A stretch of 64,000 nt of DNA, taken from the NCBI GenBank assembly GCA_963749155.1, contig CAVVLO010000001.1, forward strand, positions 736,001 through 800,000, written 5' to 3'. Position numbers and translations under genes: made by a program. This DNA comes from an uncultured Armatimonadia bacterium (GTDB taxonomy: Bacteria > Armatimonadota > Zipacnadia > CAVVLO01). How positions within the stretch are numbered: the first letter of the stretch is position 1; every line of letters begins with the position of its first letter. Below are positions 59,990 to 64,000 of the stretch, piece by piece. Below the pieces are notes generated by a model. It was given only the letters and a program-made list of their open reading frames with translations, made no database searches and had not been told where the DNA came from.

Positions 59990-61073
59990 TGTTAAGCTGC
60001 TCCACTCGTTCCAGCTCATCGGCTCGCTTCAGAGCGTCTATAAGCTCTTGCACCTCACCGTTCAACATCCCCTGCAGGTTGTGGCTGGTGTAGCCAATCC
60101 GATGGTCGGTTACGCGGCTCTGAGGAAAGTTGTACGTCCTTATCTTCTCGCTCCGGTCGCCACTGCGCACCTGGCTGCGCCGCTGAGCCGAAGCCTCGTC
60201 TTCCTGTTCCTGGCGCGCTTTTTCAAGCAGCATGGCTCTCAGGATACGCAGCGCCCGCTCCTTGTTCTGAAGCTGACTGCGTTCATCCTGGCAGTTCACA
60301 ATCGTGTTGGTTGGGATATGGGTGATACGCACTGCCGTCTCGTTCTTCTGCATATGCTGCCCGCCGGCGCTGCCCGCGCGGAAGGTATCGATACGCAAGT
60401 CTTTCGGATCAATCTCGATGTCGATTTCCTGGGCCTCGCGCAGCACATTTACCGCGACTGCAGAGGTATGGATCCGGCCCTGAGATTCTGTCTCAGGCAC
60501 CCGCTGCACGCGATGCACCCCGCTTTCGAACCGCAAGTCCCCATATGCGCCCTTGCCTTTGATAGTAAAGACAACTTCCTTTATGCCGCCCATCTCGGCT
60601 TCGGACAGGGAGTCGACTTCGACTGTCCTCTTCGATAATTCGGCATACCGGCTATACATCCGGAAGAGGTCGGCTGCGAACAGTGCCGCTTCTTCTCCGC
60701 CCGTCCCGGCGCGTATCTCGACAATTACATTCTTCAGATTGTCAGGATCTTTCGGCATCAGCTCGCGCTGAAGTATATCGAGCAACCCGGCCAGGCGCGT
60801 CTCGAGTGCTTCTATCTCGTCCCAGGCCATCGCTTTGAGTTCATGATCGATCTCGGCTTCGTGCAGTTCGCGCGCGCCAGCGAGTTCTTCCTCGGTCTTG
60901 AGGTATTCCGTCCAGGCCTGGGCGACGTCCTCTATTTGCGCCCGCTGCTTGGCAAGCTCCGTATAGCGCTGGTAGTCAGAGGCGATCTCGGGGTTTGCCA
61001 TCTCCTCCCCAAGCCCGAGCCATTCAGCGCGCACACTATCCAGTTTGGGTCTTAATACTTCAAGCGTCTCCAT
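59967..61073 (-). CDS. prfA: Peptide chain release factor 1
   Basis: EIRAGTGGEEA, ESGVHRVQRVPETE (PxT motif), GGQ, ERSQLQN, RTYNFPQSRVTDHR. Confidence 0.97.
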   Translation of the reverse strand: METLEVLRPKLDSVRAEWLGLGEEMANPEIASDYQRYTELAKQRAQIEDVAQAWTEYLKTEEELAGARELHEAEIDHELKAMAWDEIEALETRLAGLLDILQRELMPKDPDNLKNVIVEIRAGTGGEEAALFAADLFRMYSRYAELSKRTVEVDSLSEAEMGGIKEVVFTIKGKGAYGDLRFESGVHRVQRVPETESQGRIHTSAVAVNVLREAQEIDIEIDPKDLRIDTFRAGSAGGQHMQKNETAVRITHIPTNTIVNCQDERSQLQNKERALRILRAMLLEKARQEQEDEASAQRRSQVRSGDRSEKIRTYNFPQSRVTDHRIGYTSHNLQGMLNGEVQELIDALKRADELERVEQLNSEAEGSN

Positions 61074-62172
61074 TTACTACTTCCTCTTGTTTTATCGGCA
61101 GTCCGCTGGTGTAAACTTCGCTGCGCGGGGTCTTGCCCGAGGCGACCCAGAGCAACTCATCGAGCGCCTCTATGGCTACCCGCACCATCCCCTCATCAGG
61201 CCGGCGCGTCGTGAACTTCTGGAACATCATCCCAGGCGCCGCCAGCAATCCACCCAGCAAAGTGTCGCGGTACTTACCTGCCAGCTTGAGCAACTCATAC
61301 CCGATGCCCAGGATGAGCGGCAGCATCAGCAGTCTGAGACCAAACCTGACCAGGCCACTGCCCTGCCAGCCCAGGAAGATATGCGCGATTATGCTGACGA
61401 CAATTACCAGAAACAGAAAACTGGTGCCGCACCTTGGATGCAGGGGCGAATACGGCAGCACCTTGTCGGCGGTCAGTTCTTCGCCCGCCTCATAGGCGTT
61501 GATTGTCGCGTGTTCAGCCCCATGAAAAGCAAATACCCGCCTGATCTGCGGCATAAAGCCAATCACAAGCACATACAGGAAGAAAACAATCAGCTTGACG
61601 ATACCTTCAATTATGTTGAGTACGATGACATTTTCCGCATAACTGGCTGTCGAGGGATTGGCCGCTAGCAGCAGTTTCGACAGGTTGGCCACCCAGTTCG
61701 GCAGCCACACGAAAAGCCCAAGCCCAAGCGCCATCGCGGCCAGCATCGTTAGCCCCATCATAAGCGGCGAGATCGGCTTATCGGTTTTTACGGGTTGTTC
61801 TTCTTGTTCAGGCTGCTCGGATTGTCCAGGCTGCTCTTCCAGCTTCTTGCGTTTTTCTTCGGCTAACTCCGCTTCGAGAGTAGCGTTGGCGGAGATATCC
61901 AGGGCCCTGAAGCCTTCGATAAGCGTGTCTACCATCGCGAACACGCCACGTACGAAAGGCAGCCTGGCCAGTTTAGACTTCATATAGCCTGGCTCGTGCT
62001 TTTTATGCAGCAGGCGGACCGACCCATCCTGGCCCAAAAGGCCGATGACGATCCACTCTTTGCTGCGCATCATTATCCCTTCAATAAGCGCCTGGCCCCC
62101 ATAATCGGCCTTGCGCTCCAGGGTAGAACAACTAGACTGTTGGGGCTGCTCCACAGCTTGACTCTCCTTCAT
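61060..62172 (-). CDS. DUF1385 (YqhQ-like) membrane protein
   Basis: YGGQALIEGIMMR, PFVRG, RVFAFHGAEH, HPRCGTSF, QKFTT..PD. Confidence 0.9.
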   Translation of the reverse strand: MKESQAVEQPQQSSCSTLERKADYGGQALIEGIMMRSKEWIVIGLLGQDGSVRLLHKKHEPGYMKSKLARLPFVRGVFAMVDTLIEGFRALDISANATLEAELAEEKRKKLEEQPGQSEQPEQEEQPVKTDKPISPLMMGLTMLAAMALGLGLFVWLPNWVANLSKLLLAANPSTASYAENVIVLNIIEGIVKLIVFFLYVLVIGFMPQIRRVFAFHGAEHATINAYEAGEELTADKVLPYSPLHPRCGTSFLFLVIVVSIIAHIFLGWQGSGLVRFGLRLLMLPLILGIGYELLKLAGKYRDTLLGGLLAAPGMMFQKFTTRRPDEGMVRVAIEALDELLWVASGKTPRSEVYTSGLPIKQEEVVNGDA

Positions 62173-62803
62173 AACAACGCCCCTCGCTAACACACGGGGG
62201 GCCTGCCAGCTCGAACACGAGTGGGGCAACAGGCTTTACCAGCTCGAGCATCCGCTTGGCCAGGTCGCGTATCTCCCACTGAGCCCGGACGCACAGACGC
62301 AAGCTGAAGAAATGCATCAACTCGCGCGCGTTCATGGTAAAGACGAGTCTCGTAGTCGCCGCGTTCGGTAACACGAACCGGGCATCTTCTTTTTTTACGC
62401 CCAGCTTTACCAGTTCGGCATAAGCTTGCTGGGCGGCTTCAAGCAATCCCTCGAAGACTTCTCTGGCCTCGCCTTTGGCCTCGATACTGCCTGGCGTCAC
62501 GGTTTCAAAGCCCTCTTCAAAGGAAACATACCGCTGAGATTGCTGCGAAAAAGAGGCGATGCGGTGGCGCACCAATTGGTGCGAGGCGGCGCGCGAAAGG
62601 CCATCCACTCCGAAGGTGAAGCTGGCGTGCTCGAAGACCGACAGATGCCTGGAACCCCGCAGCATCAAAATCATCCGCTCGATCTGCGCCTCATCCAGCC
62701 TGGCCCAGATCTCCTCGATGGGACTGCCTGAGTAACAGACCCTCGCCGCGCAGGCTATCACGCGTTCGGGCTGGGGGGTGTGGGCCAGCAGTGTTACCTG
62801 CAT
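62132..62803 (-). CDS. thyX: Flavin-dependent thymidylate synthase
   Basis: HLSVFEH, SHQLVRHRIASFSQQSQRY (ThyX motif), EDARFVLP, MNAREL, RAQWEIR. Confidence 0.96.
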   Translation of the reverse strand: MQVTLLAHTPQPERVIACAARVCYSGSPIEEIWARLDEAQIERMILMLRGSRHLSVFEHASFTFGVDGLSRAASHQLVRHRIASFSQQSQRYVSFEEGFETVTPGSIEAKGEAREVFEGLLEAAQQAYAELVKLGVKKEDARFVLPNAATTRLVFTMNARELMHFFSLRLCVRAQWEIRDLAKRMLELVKPVAPLVFELAGPPCVSEGRCYEGESSCGAAPTV

Positions 62804-62825
62804 TAGCGCTCGCTTCCTCATATCG

Positions 62826-62862
62826 AAAATGGGCAAGCCAGCGCATCTCGGCGCTGGCTTGC
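62826..62862 (-). terminator. Hairpin or weak terminator between rpmE and thyX
   Basis: GCAAGCCAGCGC-6 nt-GCGCTGGCTTGC, followed on the minus strand by CCATTTT. Confidence 0.55.
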
Positions 62863-62885
62863 TGAAGCTCGCGGGCTGGCTGTGC

Positions 62886-63098
62886 CTATTTCTGGTCGAG
62901 GAATTTGCTAAACCGCTTGTTGAACCGCTCCACGCGGCCAGCGCTGTCCATTATCTTCTGCTTGCCAGTGTAAAACGGATGGCAGGCCCCACAGATTTCG
63001 ACCTTCAGCTCAGGCACGGTGCCGCCTGTGATAAACTCGTTGCCGCAAGCGCAAGCTACCTTGCACTCCATGTATTCGGGATGGATGCCCTTCTTCAC
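62886..63098 (-). CDS. rpmE: 50S ribosomal protein L31 (Zn-binding type)
   Basis: GGAGG then [33 protein letters not shown]. Confidence 0.97.
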   Translation of the reverse strand: MKKGIHPEYMECKVACACGNEFITGGTVPELKVEICGACHPFYTGKQKIMDSAGRVERFNKRFSKFLDQK

Positions 63099-63206
63099 TT
63101 TACTTGCCTCCAAAACACTAGACGAAAAAAGCGGTCAAATAACCGCCGGGCCGTATGTTATCATAAGCTCGAACAGCGCGCAACACCAGGAGGGGCTGCT
63201 TCGGCC

Positions 63207-64000
63207 ATGCGACGCCACCTTATGCCTGTGATCGGTTTATTCGTGCTTTGTTGCCTGCCAGGGCTTGCCAGGGCGGCGGTCCACGAGGCGATGGAAGCCT
63301 GGCGCTTGCCGCTGCCTGCCCCTTTCGGCAGCCTGCTCAGCCTGCCCGAGTGCGACTGGGCGCTGCTTGTGGACGAGGGCCAGACGGGCGGCCAACTGCT
63401 GGAACTGCCGCGCGCGCGCTTCGCTAATCGTATCGAAAACCTCGAGCCGCCTCTTTCACTGCTGATGTGGAAACAGCAACTCCTCCTGATCGAGAACTAC
63501 GGGCGCCGGGCTCGCTCGCTGCCTTCGGGGGAGGTGCTGTGGGAGCGCGAAACGCCCGCCTTCTGTCTCGAGGCTGGCGCGCCGACTCTTGCCCCTGCCC
63601 TGGTCGTCGAGCAAGACACCTTGTGGGGCTGGGCTCTCAGTGGTACTGCGGCCTTCACCAAATGGCAGGCTTTCGGGACCTTCTTCCTGCGAGGCATAAG
63701 CCTTGCGACAGGTGAAACCACCGCCGAAGTTGGCCCCTTTGGCCCGCCTGGAGCGCCTTCCGACTCCGAGCTTGCCGCTTTGACGGCTATTGGGGGCTCT
63801 GAGCGACGCGTTCAAAAGCTCATAAAACCCGAGCTTGGTTTCGGCTTGCCCGACTGGCTCGGACGCCAGTTTGCCTTCCAGCGCACGGCGGACCTTGCCA
63901 TAATGCCCTTCGACAATTGGGTGCTGCTGCCTGCGGCTACCGGCTGGTTGCTGGCTGCAGCCGATGGGAAAACAGTGCTAACCCCCCAGGATGATTGGTC
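63207..64000 (+). CDS. Secreted protein with PQQ-like propeller motifs, truncated by the window end (absent from the ORF track)
   Basis: Manual translation from ATG 63207 (AGGAGG upstream) is open to the window end: MRRHLMPVIGLFVLCCLPGLARA..., SLPSGEVLWE, ISLATGET, LAAADGKTV. Confidence 0.6.
   Translation, partial: MRRHLMPVIGLFVLCCLPGLARAAVHEAMEAWRLPLPAPFGSLLSLPECDWALLVDEGQTGGQLLELPRARFANRIENLEPPLSLLMWKQQLLLIENYGRRARSLPSGEVLWERETPAFCLEAGAPTLAPALVVEQDTLWGWALSGTAAFTKWQAFGTFFLRGISLATGETTAEVGPFGPPGAPSDSELAALTAIGGSERRVQKLIKPELGFGLPDWLGRQFAFQRTADLAIMPFDNWVLLPAATGWLLAAADGKTVLTPQDDW

Overview
High-GC bacterial chromosomal segment. It is probably from a diderm member of the Terrabacteria (Armatimonadota-like; inferred from a small outer-membrane beta-barrel inside a Firmicutes-type prfA-prmC-tsaC-phosphatase cluster, the RF1 variant GGQHMQKNET and many secreted LamG/GH proteins). 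Contents in order: secreted carbohydrate-active proteins; a class II photolyase; a korA-korB-nitroreductase-PepSY-yyaL operon; a LamG-GH2; a GT39-like glycosyltransferase; a stand-alone 23S-5S rRNA unit with two promoters and no 16S; GH32 and GH31; dnaE-trpB2-hisD-hisB-FGGY kinase; gmk-coaBC-priA-def-fmt-TPR (no rpoZ); a corrinoid activator plus corrinoid protein; an ArnE-like flippase/B12-radical SAM/two GT-C cluster; DUF151-UPF0182; and rpmE-thyX-DUF1385-prfA-prmC-tsaC-OMP-LMW phosphatase. About 11 small indels split 10 genes, including gmk and priA, which points to long-read consensus errors rather than pseudogenes. No CRISPR array, tRNA, transposase or prophage was seen. The most notable signals are: (i) the unlinked 23S rRNA with compensated changes in normally near-invariant functional centres (sarcin-ricin loop, H89, GTPase centre, H71); (ii) a candidate cobalamin-radical-SAM-linked surface glycosylation system; (iii) a probable CTG start codon. 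All calls were made by eye; no database searches were run.
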